The notes under the pieces are model-generated. The model was given only the letters and a program-made list of their open reading frames with translations. It did not search any database and was not told the origin of the DNA. 64,000 bases of DNA, from positions 62,001-126,000 of the forward strand of contig JBEWZL010000136.1 of the NCBI GenBank assembly GCA_045837725.1. Direction: 5' to 3'. Positions 26,445 to 39,748 of the stretch are shown in pieces. Origin of the DNA: Vermamoeba vermiformis (Eukaryota). The stretch's first letter is position 1. Every line of letters starts with the position of its first letter. The position numbers were made by a program, and so were the translations under genes.

Positions 26445-29066
26445 TTACTTCTGGCGTCGGTACTTATCCAAGCATTGCTTGAGAGTATCAATTGAACATG
26501 GTTTCATCAAGAAGTCGTCCATTCCTGCTTTCAGTGCCATTGTTCTCTTCTCTTCCACTGCATGTGCTGTCAGTGCGATGATTGGTGTTGTCACGCCCAT
26601 TTCACGCATCTGAGTGCACGCTGTGATGCCATCTACCAGCGCATTAGTCTATGGCTAAGCAGCGCTTGAAGAGTCCTTACCCATGACAGGCATTTCCAAG
26701 TCCAACAAGATGACGTCGTAATTGGGTCGAGGGTTGATTTTGAGCTTTTGTACCGCGATTAGACCGTTTGATGCCACGTCAACTTGACATCCAAGCTTCA
26801 CTAGCTGCCCTCTGTAATACAAGGACATTAGTTCAGTCACTAAATATTATTTGGCACGTACTTAATAACTGCCTGATTGACCGCATTGTCATCAACTAAT
26901 AGAACGCATTTTTTGACCGAAGTCGTTTGAAGGTCGTTAATTTCGAGTAATTTCTTCGTTGGCTGGGCTGTTTTTGGATCTTCTTCTGCGCACGGAATCC
27001 AAAAACTGAACGTCGAGCCCTCATTTTCACCGGTACTGAAACAGTATTAACGAAAGCCTTAAGTTTATTATAAAGAGGATGTAAGACTTGCCTCGTCACG
27101 CTAATAGCACCTTGCATTAATTCAACCAATAATAAGCAAATATTAAGGCCTACAAAGACGTAAATCAATACTTTGCAGTTGAGTACTTTGAGCGCGAAAT
27201 TTCCGTACCTAAACCAGTGCCGCCATTCAAAGCTCCTTGGATGCTAGCAGACGCCTATGAATGCGATTATAAGAATTTAAATTCAAAAATTAATTTCACG
27301 TACTTGTTCAAAAGCGGAGAAAATTTTCTCGAAGTTTTTTGCTTCGATTCCGACACCAGTGTCTTTAACGGTGAATTTAATATATCGCTTTGCATTGGCC
27401 CATGATTTAACGTATGTGTTGGCAGCTGTCATTTTGCGGAGTACACTTTGATTTGACGTCAATTTGACTTTCAAGGTGATTATGCCGCTGTTGGTGAACT
27501 TGATTGCATTTGATAGCAAATTAATTATTATTTGCTTAATTTTCGTTGAATCGCCGGAAAAGAATGCTGGTAGATTTTCTTCAATGTTCGTTTGGAGTTT
27601 GACATTTGATTTTTGTTGAAACAGTGGTGACGTTACTAATAACGATGAGTGAATTGTTTCATGCAAATTCACTGATTCGATAGTCAATCTGACTTTTCCA
27701 GCTTCAATCTAAGAAAATAAATCAAAATTAATAAGGTCACAGCTCGATCCAGATCTTGTTTCAAACAAGATACGTTTCAAATATCCTAAAAATATCATAT
27801 TGAAATTGAAACAGTGATACTATTTTTAGGCCGGAAAAACAGTTTTTAAACGTCACGAGACTATTTTTGACACGCCACGCGTCAAAATTTAGTAAAACGA
27901 GAATTTTAATGTCAACTCCGGTACTTTACCTTGGAAAAGTCCAAAATATCGTTGATCACTTGCATTAAGTTAATAGCACAGTTCTTAGCGATATCAATCA
28001 ATTTCCCATATTCGCCGCTCAAAGGCGCGTATTTTAAAATGTCGATAGATCCCACGATTCCAGATAGAGGTGTCCTAATACAAATATTAAGCAAATAACT
28101 CTATTATACTACTATGACGCAATACCCACCTCAATTCGTGGCTCATTCTGCATAAAAATTCAGTTTTATGTCTGTTCGCTTGTTCGAGCAGTTGCAGCAT
28201 ATCGCTGTACTTGAGAACGAATATTAACATGACTACGCTCTCCAATAGAGTTCTATTTTGATACAACGCCCTATTAAATTGCGTTAAGTAACGATTTCGT
28301 AATTTACTATCGAATTTACCAAAGCGTGTGTAATTTCTCCGATTCGGACAGCATGAGGTGGTTGCTATGAATGAAACCGCCAAGCTCCAAATGCAATATA
28401 GCATAGCTACAGCCAAAATTCATGATTAAAGCCAATAAAATTCCCTCTAGACCTGTAAAAGATGAAGAATTACTCAGATGTGGCAAAGTAATTGACGAGG
28501 ATTTTCCGATAGATTAATCAACCGCAAAACGGCAAGATTAGTCATATTATAAACGAAATTATGGAAAAAAGAGTAATTAAACGAAGGCAAAGACTTACCT
28601 AAAAATATTCCTCCGTACAGCAAGCACGTGTGGCTTCGCATTATGAATAGTTCAAATCCTCCTTCTCTAAATGATGCAATAAATAGCATTGCATAGAAAA
28701 TATTGACTACGAAGATTCCAGCTTTCTTTTCTGAATCTGATCGACAAAAAATGTACAAAGAAATTGCCAACGCGAGTGTTCCAACAGAGGCTGCAAGCGG
28801 ATAATAGCTGTCCTTCTTGAGGGGCACTATTATGACGTTAGTTTATGCCTTGATATTTATACTTGTCTGAAAAAGATCTTGCCTGTCAGTAGATGCTGCA
28901 GGGTGAACGTTATGCCCATAATAATAAATCTGATATACATTCTAATAATAAGCAAGGCTTTTGGATAACTTGAACCTCGTGGATGAGGAACCCAGTAGCG
29001 CCCACACACCAGATTAACAATTTCATCCTCTTTGGCCTTGTACTTCTTCAATAGATTGAGTGGCAT
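26445..29066 (-). CDS. Multi-TM hybrid histidine kinase (TM sensor-HisKA-HATPase_c-REC), paralog 1
   Basis: Hydrophobic N-terminal exons; FLCRMSHELR|TPLSGI; NLLSNAIKFT; DTGVGI; GGTGLG; REC LLDLEMPVM...ALTAHA...MKPC. Confidence 0.88.
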
Positions 29067-29307
29067 TGAAAATTTAATATGACCAGTGGTCTTCTTCTAT
29101 TGAATTAAATTTGTAAACACAAACGAAAACTGCACGCAGTGCGCACAAGATTTTTTTAGTTTGTATACCGGTGTATACTTTTCCTAATTTAGAGTTCATT
29201 TCAATTTCGTTTCTTTTCAGTGTTATATTACAGTTATTTACATAAGGCAGCTTTGACCTCATCAGGAGCTAGTTTCGCAAGAAGCAATGTTTCGGGATGG
29301 CATCCGC

Positions 29308-31840
29308 TCAGTACGCGGTTGAATTTCGCCGCTCTAATGCAGGCTTTTTACGGTGCCTATCCAAGCACTGCTTGAGAGTGTCGATAGAACAAGGTTTCAT
29401 CAAGAAGTCATCCATTCCTGCTTTCAGTGCCATTGTTCTCTTCTCTTCCACTGCATGTGCTGTCAGTGCAATGATTGGTGTTTTAATACCCTTTTCTCTC
29501 AATTCTGTTGCAGTAGAAATACCGTCTAGTGGCATACATTAATACGGAGTTATGAGAATGACACGAAATTGCCGGATGTGCACCGCTTCGAAGGGTATTA
29601 TTCCGAAGGTCTTACCTAAAACAGGCATTTCTAAATCGAGTAAAATAATGTCGTATTTAGGAGCAGGTGTCGCCTTAAAGTGCTCAATGGCCAATTGACC
29701 GTTCGCTGCGATCTCTACGTGGCACCCAAGCTTCACCAATTGACCCCTAGAAAAGGTAAGTTTTCATGAATATTCCAAATATATGCCTTACTTAATGATC
29801 ATTTGATTGACGGGATTATCTTCGACGAGAAATACCGCATGCCGAGTCACTGTGGCTGGCGGCTGTTTCACTGGCAAATGTTCGTCGCTTCCACTCGACT
29901 TCAAATCTTTTAGCCTTGTTGGGCCATGCTGTTGTCCGGCCAAAACAATAGGCTTCGTCAATAACGACTTGGCTCGCTTCGCAATTTTATCTTGATTTTG
30001 ACGCACAGTGTCAAAAGTCTTCGGGATCCAGAACGTGAACTTGGTACCCTTGTCGAGGCCATCACTAGATTCATAATTCATCAATGGTATTGAAATGTTG
30101 GATTAATGTAGCTAGTGTCGGTTACCTTTTAATGCTAATAGCGCCTTGCATTATCTTAACGAGCAACAAACAAATATTGAGCCCAAGTCCCGTGCCACCA
30201 ACAACTTCACCTCCATTCTTGTTTGACAGCTACGAATGCATTCGTTAATTGAATGCCTTTTCAACACAAATTCAGTACCTGTTCGAAGGCAGAAAAGATC
30301 TTATTGAAGTCACTGCCGCTGACACCAATGCCCGTGTCTTTCACTGAAAAACGGACGAATTCTTTTTCAACCGCCCATGTCTTCGTTAGGCAGTTCTTCT
30401 TGGTCATAATTCGATTGATTCCTTCATTTGTGTCCAGATCTGCTTTCATCGTGATGGATCCGCTCTTTGTGAACTTGGTCGCGTTGGACAACAGATTGAC
30501 GAGTATTTGTTTGATCTTTGTTTTGTCCCCAATGATTGTTTCAGGTACGCTATCAGTAACAACCCTTTTGAATTGAATAGCTGGCTTTTGATTCAACAGC
30601 GGTGAGACAACTTCAGCTGACGCATCCACGATATTTCTAATCCTGACTATGCCTTTAGCAAGCTTCATTTTGCCAGCTTCGATCTATGCGATGTTAGTAG
30701 CTGCCGAGTAGAATATAGGGCGATATTGACACGTACTTTTGAGAAATCTAGAATGTCATTAATGACTTGCAAAAGGTTGGTCGAACACGATTTGGCAATG
30801 TTGATGAGTTTGACGTATTCATCAGTCAGTGGTGCGAACTTGAGAATGTCGATTGCTCCGATGATGCCTGACAACGGTGTTCTGTAGAAATAATCGGTTA
30901 CCGAGCTGTTCAAGGTGCCAATGACACGTGTCACTCTTTGTGACCACATAATTCGCGCCAGAATCTTGCTATAAATTCATACGATTAATTACCTTAATTC
31001 ATGGCTCATTCTGCATAAAAATTCGGTCTTGTGTTTGTCCGCTTGTTCGAAGCGAGTAAACGTTTCAGTGAACTTGAGAATGCTTATGATAAATAGCGCT
31101 GTTTCAGAAATCATTCGCCCCATGAAGGACAGCCTGGAATATAATATTAAGAATAATTTTTTAATTTAAGATTTAAATCAAGATCCGATCTTACCAAATC
31201 ACTTCAACTTTCTGTTGCTCCAATACTGGCGTCTTAGTCATTACAAAATAGCCAACGCAGCAATTGAGGCAGAAAGTTATCATTATTCCTTCAAGACCTA
31301 ATGCAGACAAGTTGTCAGATTCGTCGCTAGCTAAACCGTGTAAAGATCTTACCTAAAACTAAACCTCCCAGAATTAAATATGAAGCATAATGTAACATTA
31401 ATGCTTCATAGCCAGATTTTTGGCTTAGTGAGGCATAAAGGGCAGCGTAGACAACAAAAAACGAAAAATAGGCTGTCGTTCGCTCGGAATCCGTTCTACA
31501 AAATATATAAATTGCTAGTATGGTCGTAATCGGTGCTATAATTGCTAATAAGTGGTACGGTTCTTCATGGTAAATAGTTTCTAAATACAGAATTACAATT
31601 ATTATTTAAAATCAAATATGAAATTTGTTTACCTGCTAGGCCAGTGAAAAACGTTATAAAACAAAGTAATTGAATTCTAAAATATGTCCTTATGACTACA
31701 TCCGCTTTTGCAATACTCGAACCGCCAATTCGTTTCGGTCTCCAATAACGGGAGCAAATTTTTGCTATGATTTTATCCTCCCAAGTTCGATAGTTAAATA
31801 AACCTTCGAACTGAGGCGTGTATTTCATTTTGCCGTTCAT
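29308..31840 (-). CDS. Multi-TM hybrid histidine kinase, paralog 2
   Basis: Same exon layout and motifs (MSHELR/TPLSGIIG, NLLSNATKFT, DTGIGV, GGTGLG, LVEDN, LLDLEMP, MKPCS); start codon taken as the ATG of MNGKMKY. Confidence 0.88.
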
Positions 31841-32029
31841 ATCATCTGTCACGCTCACTTTACAAGTTTATAAACAGTACTGATTTTTCCTTTTTAGGAA
31901 GATTCAGTTTGTAACGCTGGCCGATTTCAAACTTACAACCAATTGCGTTACATCACACCCTGGGTTAAATGTTACAGCTAACTTATTCAAATGGAGCGTT
32001 GCGGAGAAATTCAATCGCCATCGGAAAAG

Positions 32030-32145
32030 TTGCGTTCGAGATCTGCGGGCCAGATACATATTTTATTGCTTAATATTGTATCCGCATTAGGGAGTCTAAT
32101 AGCATCCTCTATGCCTTCTGCTTTTTCGCTGTTCGTTGGAGAAAG
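32030..32145. repeat. Diverged direct repeat, copy of 34281-34393 (3' end of the ankyrin gene)
   Basis: Shares gttcgagatctg...ttattgcttaat...taatagcatcctctatgccttc..tttcgctgttcgttggagaaa with 34281-34393. Confidence 0.8.
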
Positions 32146-32174
32146 CGATGTAGCCAGGCAATTTAAAGCGTTGT

Positions 32175-34192
32175 TTATTGCCCAATATTGATGCCAATAC
32201 AGCTATATATTGACTTAATAACAGGAATAAGTTGCAAAAAATCCGATTTTTCGTTGTAAATCTGAGCTGAAATACGAACATACAGTTGAGTATCCATCGG
32301 GACAATGTAAACCTTAATAATTAACTATTAGCGCTAAAATTGCATAATATACCAATACCTCTATATTATGATCTAGCCATAATCTGTCTCGCAACCATTG
32401 CGCATGTCCTTTGGCTTTTTCGCTCTGTAAAATGTCAGTTAAAACAATTCCGATAATAGATTGAAACTAGTACTATATATTCGTACCGTGCTAAACTTAG
32501 GTAAGGGCAGTGCAATAGCCGCCATGTTACCAAAGTACTGCTCGTAGTTTTCGTTCTCAGTTTCAGACACGACAAAATGCGTACCCCACGCGCGCTTCAA
32601 TTCATTCGCTAAGACGTTGCATTAATTAAGAAATAATATTAATAATATATCACAGTATTACCTGCTTCCCAGACCAAATTGTGGCAGTATTTTGACACTT
32701 TTTCTAAACCACCAATTTTTTCATAGAATTTTAGTGCCGTTGGAATGGTTAACTTTGCCGTATAATTTCCAGTGCCTATTGTAACATTATTGGTAATCCT
32801 AACAGCATATTATTGGCTCGTTCTAAAGCGTACCGGCGTACAAAAACTCGGTTTGCGTGCCTTCGCCATAAAAATTTGAAATGACAACGGGATGAAGCTA
32901 AATTGGAAGAATTATGTCAACCAGGTATGGTATACGGATAGTAGTGATTTTACATACTTGAGCTAAGTGCGCATCCGCTGCATACAAAAATGCAGATCCC
33001 TAATATTTGACACGTGTCAACGGAGTCCCTCAACTATTGTATTGTTGACCTACTTGAGAAGAATATAGCCATTTATGGCAATTAGATACGTAATAATCAG
33101 CGCCAATTTCAGCGATATTCAACGGCAAATGGCCAACGACATGCGCGGCATCCACGAAGGTTTGAACACCTCTGTATGAATTACATTAGCATATATAATA
33201 TTACCATATATATAGTATATTATACTTGGCCTTGCATATCGCGATTATGTTCTTAATAGGCAATATGACACCTGGTGAGCTAGAAATATGATCGAAAACA
33301 GCTAGTTTTGTGTTGGTCGTGATTGCAGCTTCAAAATCTTTTAAGAGCTGTTTCATTACTATTGGTGCTTTGACGTCAATTTCAACGACTTTAAAACCGA
33401 TTCGTGATGATAAATAATAGAGGGCGTTGTTGAAAGAGGCTACATCAAAATTTAACTTGATTAGTGTTGTTGATTGTGTAATACAATAACATACGATATC
33501 CGATATTCAATATTACTACTTCATCTTGAGGAGTAAAATCAATAGAACGAAATACTGCGTTGGCGCCTACAAATTCTGAATTCAGATCTTGCTTAATAAG
33601 CTGTTAGTTAGCCAATTTACGTACCCATACTCGCATTATCAACTAAAAATACATTCTTTGGAGGCGCATTAATGAATTTGGCGAGCTGGCGAATGATGTC
33701 TACTTGAAATATTGGTAGATCGCGCAAAAAGAACGACACAGGAGACCTTTGCTGCATTAATAGGAGACTTAGTACATCTAATACTATAGTAAATAACTAC
33801 CACGTACCACGTATTCGTCCCATTGCTTTTGATTTTCGATTACAACCCGAGACACGCCACCGTAAGCTCCAGCATCTTTTAAAAAATTTATTATAAATTT
33901 ATATGCGTTAAATAATGTACTTTGGTGATAACAGAGCGTGTTAGACACGTACCGAAATTGTTTAAAAATGAAAATATCTGCAGATCAGTCATTACTTACT
34001 CAAAAATGTTAGGCTTCCAAATGCAAAATTGGAGTTACGCATAGCTTTACCTAACTCAACGCTCGTAAAGAAAGCATCATCAAAAACAGGAAACGGGTAT
34101 TTTGGTGGTTGGTAAGATTCGTCGTCCAACTCAAGCGCTTGTTTTGCTCGAGTAAATGTGGTAGTAGCTGTAGGTAATTTTGATTCATCCAT
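32175..34192 (-). CDS. Class-V PLP-dependent aminotransferase/lyase (Egt2 hercynylcysteine sulfoxide lyase / isopenicillin N epimerase / L-cysteine desulfhydrase-like)
   Basis: Spliced translation gives FLN..GAYG, LVDNAS.GANAVFRS, LAVFDHISS, FVDAAHVVGHLPLNI, ADYYVSNCHKWL (PLP lysine), HPVVISN, YVRISAQIYN; many short exons missed by the ORF track. Confidence 0.85.
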
Positions 34193-34316
34193 GGTTGTTA
34201 AATGACTAAACATACAATTTTGATGCAAGAACCGTTTCGCAGCGGAAAATTCTGAAGAGAGTTCCTAGGAATAATAAATTCTGTTCGAGATCTGGTCCAG
34301 ATGTTTAGTTTATTGC

Positions 34317-37316
34317 TTAATTTTGTGTTTCGGCATTATGGATCCTAATAGCATCCTCTATGCCTTCGGTTTCTTCGCTGTTCGTTGGAGAAAACATTTT
34401 CCACGCCCCTTTGACACTGAAATTCTCTTCTTTGAGCACATCCGCTTCAGAATACTTTTCGAGAGTCGTCTCCCACCATATACCTTCAATTGTACATTTA
34501 TCTATATTATTTTCTGCGGCAGGGTTTGTCTTAACTTCACCCAGGAAAAATCGGTACGGCACTCGCGGTAATGGCCAGTTTACTGTTGGATCGTCTTCGT
34601 CATAATCATTATCATCCGTGTCAGTAAAATCATAATGGAGTTTGTCCAATTGATTGTTTAACCTTCTAGCCACAAAAATATAAACCAATCCGTTATTCGC
34701 AAAAAATTTTCCGCTAGTACTCCAGCCAAGAGCCTCCATAGTTAATTCTACGCCCAGCTCTACTTTTTCTACTACTGTTTTCGTACTGAATGCGTTGAGA
34801 ATTATTACTGATATGAATCGATAAGTAAGACTATCATCCACATTGTCTATTCCACCAGATATCAGCTGTTGCAAGTAATTTGTCTGCGTGTACATAGGAT
34901 ATTGATTGAATAGATGCGTCCTATGCGATTCATTTTGGCCATTGACTAAAGACAATCGAAAATTAGATCTGATCCAATTTTACATTGTTTCGTACCTAGA
35001 ATTTTCTGATCCAAGAACTCGCGACTACCATTTTGAGTAGTAAGATCAAGTTCCATTTGATAGCGCAATCCACTTCGCTCAAAGTATCCAAACAACTTCT
35101 TAACTTTTACAAATTCTCGTATATCCGGCTCAAGGAAGGAATTAAGGCGAAGGATTTTCGCTGTGCTTGGATCTGCAGCAGTATGATATCGCTGGTAACT
35201 GGGGAAGCGAAAATTATCCTCATCTAGGTCGCGACTAATTAATTACTGCTAGCAACATAATTTTGGATCTTACGTGTTCGAAAACTCTTCCTGACGGCTG
35301 CTAGCAAATCTTGGTGTGACATACTAAGGGAATAAATTAATATCCTTATATTATAATTTGGCTGAAAAGAAGCTCTTACTCGTCGCTTATTGCTAGTTTC
35401 ATTCGCTGTAAATATTCTTTAATGCATTCGATGGGACACTCCTCTAAATTATATTCATAAAGTGCTATTGATTGGGGAGGTTTCTCTTTCAAATGGTAGT
35501 CTCTTTCAGTATACGAAAGAACGCGATCTGGTTCCGTAACATCGAGCAATTTAAAAATGGTATTTAAATACTGCTCTTTTGATACCGTTGGCGGAATATA
35601 CGTAATTTCTTGGACTCGGCCTAAATAATAGTTAGAAATATTTCGTTTAAGGTGCGCATCCGACTTTCGGTTCTCATGAAAAAAGAATACTTGTTAGTAC
35701 GTACTAACAACGGTTGGTTTTAAGTCTTCTTCGCTTTGTTTTCCGGACCAATATCTATCATATAAACCTAAGAGCTCATCAGGTGTTGGAAAGTTGACGA
35801 TCGAATCCAGAGTTTGCTGACATTTTCCGCTGTTCAATAATTTCTCTACTAATGATCTACATTCGCTTTTCATCGCTAAAATTAACGGAGAATATTTCAT
35901 TAATGAGGTGCGCCAACTATCAGGCTCGAATTCAACTTCTGGCACGTGATCCACCAAGTACTCCGCAACTTCAAAATGTTTCAACGAGATTGCTGCTTGT
36001 AATGGTGTTCCATATATAAAGCTACATATTAAATGTTCGTTAGATACATAATTAGCCTTTGAATTGTTCATAATAACGGACCTAATGGAGTTAACGTTAC
36101 TGTGTGAGAGGACCAGTTTGAGACACTCGATCGAGCTTGCTAAATGCACGGGCAATGTGAAATCTCCGCGATGATCTCGCGCTGCGTCTTCGGGACTAGA
36201 ATATAGTCTTTGCATTAATGCTTCTGCAAGTTTTGCGTGTCCTAAGTACCGTAAATTAGCCACCTCGCACATCCAAATTTTAGATTATGAATTTTGGATA
36301 ATAGACCAATCAAGTTACTTATTAAGATTTTAATACCTCCTTCTATGGCTGATAAGAACGGTTTGCCCTTTGGAGATAAGGCAGTCAAGATCCAAACGAG
36401 ATCGGCCATGTTATTCCTTGCTGCCGCGTCTACTGCAGTACGCTTTTTTGCTTCGGCACCAACATCAATATTTTCGCATTTTAGTAGTATATTCACCGCT
36501 TGAATATTTCCTACAAATTGATCAATTTGAGAAAGTTGTCGTTCCTATTATTTTTCGGCTGCGCTCGGTCAAAATTGGCTGGAAAAAACCGGGATTTTTC
36601 TCGGCAGCAGTCTACTGCCTGGAAAAAAGCGAAATTTCATTTTTTTCCAGGCAGTACCGTACATTTTGGCTTTTTTTTCCAGGCACTACCTTATTAGGAA
36701 GGTGATGTTCGTGCGTGGCTATGTGTTTGCTTGAACTCGTTACTCGTTCAAGCAAACAAATAGCAAACAATACAATAGGAACGACTGGTTTGCGTCGACG
36801 AAATTCATTTTGGTGGTTGAAATCAAAAAAATGGATGCGAATCCACGTACTGGATTAGCTTCTCGCGCGCCGAAAAAATATCATTCCAGACTCACCTCCA
36901 CCTTTACCGCTTTTCCGCACGTTACCGGCTCGAACTACGTCTCGCCGGTAATTGTCTCGCTGGGAAAAGCGGTAAATTTTGGAGGTTCGTCGGAAAATAG
37001 CTATTTCTTGCTGAAAAGTTACCTTCATTTATGGCGCTAATTAATAGAGTAGTATCAGTTTGGACTTTGTTGCAGAGGGACTCGAATTGAATTAATAATT
37101 TTTGTAAATTTTCGTTCTGTTTTTCTTTGATCGAGCTGATCGCTGTGCTTGCGTCAATTAATACATTATCAATATTATTATCTACGAAATTAATTATAAT
37201 CCGATTGGATAAAGCAGAATTTGTCGAGAAGCAATTGAGAATCTGATCTCTCTTGTACCTTCATTAAAAGCTACCGGCTCAAAGCGCTTAAGTGCATCTT
37301 TCGTGGATCGTTTCAT
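34317..37316 (-). CDS. Ankyrin-repeat protein with unknown C-terminal domain
   Basis: Exons give MKRSTKD...TLLISAINEG|NIQAVNILL, TAVDAAARNN, LPVHLAS, GTPLQAAISLKHFEVAEYLV, SPLILAM; last exon is ORF 34317-34955. Confidence 0.7.
36613..36985. repeat. Cluster of three perfect inverted repeats within a ~510-nt intron
   Basis: tactgcctggaaaaaa/ttttttccaggcagta (36613-36656); tgtttgcttgaac/gttcaagcaaaca (36724-36758); tttaccgcttttcc/ggaaaagcggtaaa (36903-36976) with inner stem ttaccggc/gccggtaa. Confidence 0.85.
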
Positions 37317-37481
37317 TATATAGGCATAGATTTACCATAATATGCTCGCTATTCTGTAGTTGCTATTCGTTTCACAAGAAAAAAAACACTTTGTCCGTTT
37401 CCGTGCCACAAAACAACAAAGAGCCGATTTTTTATTTAAGTAATATTACGTTATTATTGTACAACATAAATTGTGGACAAT

Positions 37482-39682
37482 ATGGTTGACCAAGTACTAC
37501 CAAACGACATTTTGCGCTTGATCTTCATCCAGCTCGATACCGTTCGATTTATTTTAAGAAAGGTTACAAAATTAAATTCTACCTGGAAAAATTGGCCTAA
37601 AGCTACGATAAGGTGTGCTTTAATAATAGCCATTTAATTATTATTAATTAATTGAATATTTTCTTTTCTAGATCTCTTGCCATTCATCCGCGCGATAATT
37701 ATAAGCGTAAAATCGACGATGTTTATGCAATGGTAATTAAGAACACCGATACTACATTCCCTAATGTAAAAGAATTGTCGATCCGCAGTCCAAAAAGTGG
37801 GCAATTATCACAACTGCTAGCCAAGTTTCCAAAACTGGTAATAGATGTTTAATTAATTATTATAATAGTATTTATTGTTTAATATTTTAATTAATTATGA
37901 TATTTTATTGTGCGGATCTAAACTAAACACGACTTTTGTTCGAATAATAGGAAAAACTTAGGTTTTACGTTGTAGCCGCAGAAATGTATGAAGACGTATA
38001 TATATCAGAAGTACCAGTTAATATCAAGGAGCTGAAAGTCGATACTGCTTTCGTCAATGGCTCTCCAGCATCCGAGTTAACCGATCTCCAAATCTACAAC
38101 GGTCCAGATGCACCAAACTTGTTAAACCACTTTCCAGCGACTTTAAAAGAGTTATATATGGATTGTTCACGCGCTTGGCACACCGAAAATGCCTGGAGCG
38201 GATCCGACCTCAAAAAATTTACTTCGTTGGAAATTTTGCATATCGAGCATGGGAGTACATCAATAGAAGATTATGTAAAAGAAGGGCCTAAAGCACTCAA
38301 AGATATATTGTTGAATCCTAGTGTAGATCAAAGTACGTTGAAATTTGGGCTAATTAATAATAATTAATAATTTATTATTATTTTTAGACCTTGGATCTTA
38401 TTTGTCGCAAAAAAATCTGCCAAATTTAAAACGATTGCAGCTCGGTATTGGCAATTTAAGTTCTAATCAACGTAAGTCAATTATTTTTAAATTATAATAA
38501 TTTTTTTGAAATATTAATATCGATGAATTTAGTTGCCGAGTTCAAGAACATGGAGATTGTTGATCAAACGGAGGAGCATGTCTCATATGATGGTAATTAG
38601 AATAATATCAATAGGTTATTAATAACTTGCGTTAATTATAGACCGGTTTTTGAAAAATAATCGGGATCTGATCCGACTTCGCTTGACCAACCAGCGACAC
38701 ATGTCAGATCTGAACTACTTGAACAACTTGAAAGAATTGATATTAATTCGAGATAGTATTTCATCGACAATACTCAAAAAAGTGTTGACGATCAAAAGCT
38801 TGGAAAGATTGGAACTTAGAAATGGTGCGTAGCGACAAATGTCAAAGTGTCAAAGTGTCAAAGTGTCAACATTGATACGCGACCGTGAAAAAAATGTTGA
38901 CACGTGTCGCAGATATTTTTCACGTGTCAAAGTTACTTATTAATTTTTCGTTCTGTAGGTTCGTTTTTGGAAGACCACGAGAATGCAGCAAGTCAAATAG
39001 AGCCAAACTACAATATTAAGAAGTTAGGTTTACATAACGTTCGTGGCGTGGCAATATTCTTGCGTGCGTGGGCTCATTTGCTTCGTGGCCTCGTCAGCGT
39101 AAAAATAGACGCGTACGAAATCTAAATCGATATTAACTGGGCGAAAATGATATTCTAATGTTAGTTTAATAGAACCGAGAAAGAGGAAATTTATTCGACG
39201 TACATGAATAATTGGACGAGACTCGAGAAATTTCGAGCGCAGATCTATGGATCAGCAATGTGGCACTTTCCAGTGTTCCCTAATTTGAGACAATTTGACA
39301 CTAATGTGTCTGTCAATGAGTCGATTTTTGACACGTTGGCTCAAAGTCCCGATCTTGAATTTGTGCGCAATTTCAATTTGAACGCTGGATCTACTTCGTC
39401 CTTTTTGATTGTAAGCGTATATTTTAAGTTAATTACGTAACTTTAATTAATATTTTTTTAAAATAGGAAAATCAGATCTACGGGCTCTTAAAATCTTTGA
39501 AGCATTTGTACAGGTTGTCGTTTGTCAGCAGAACGCCCTTCAAGCTCATTCATGAACGCGTCGATTCCTTCGTCATGCCTGAGGCAAAAATTGCTATTAG
39601 TTACTCAAATGGAAAAACGAGTAGGCAAATGTTCTCTCACCCTTCATTTCCGCGTGGGAACTGGGAGATTACGTACGAATAA
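37482..39682 (+). CDS. F-box/leucine-rich-repeat protein
   Basis: MVDQVLPNDILRLIFIQL (F-box-like start) followed by LRR-type exons (FPNVKELSI, FTSLEILHI, LPNLKRLQL, LNNLKELIL, SLERLELRN). Confidence 0.7.
38840..38870. repeat. Intronic 8-nt tandem repeat (tgtcaaag) x~4
   Basis: tgtcaaagtgtcaaagtgtcaaagtgtcaac seen directly. Confidence 0.85.
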
Positions 39683-39748
39683 AGTTAGGTTTAGGGTTAG
39701 GGTTTGACAAACCCTCGCCTGATAATTAAAGAAACATCTGAAACTAGT

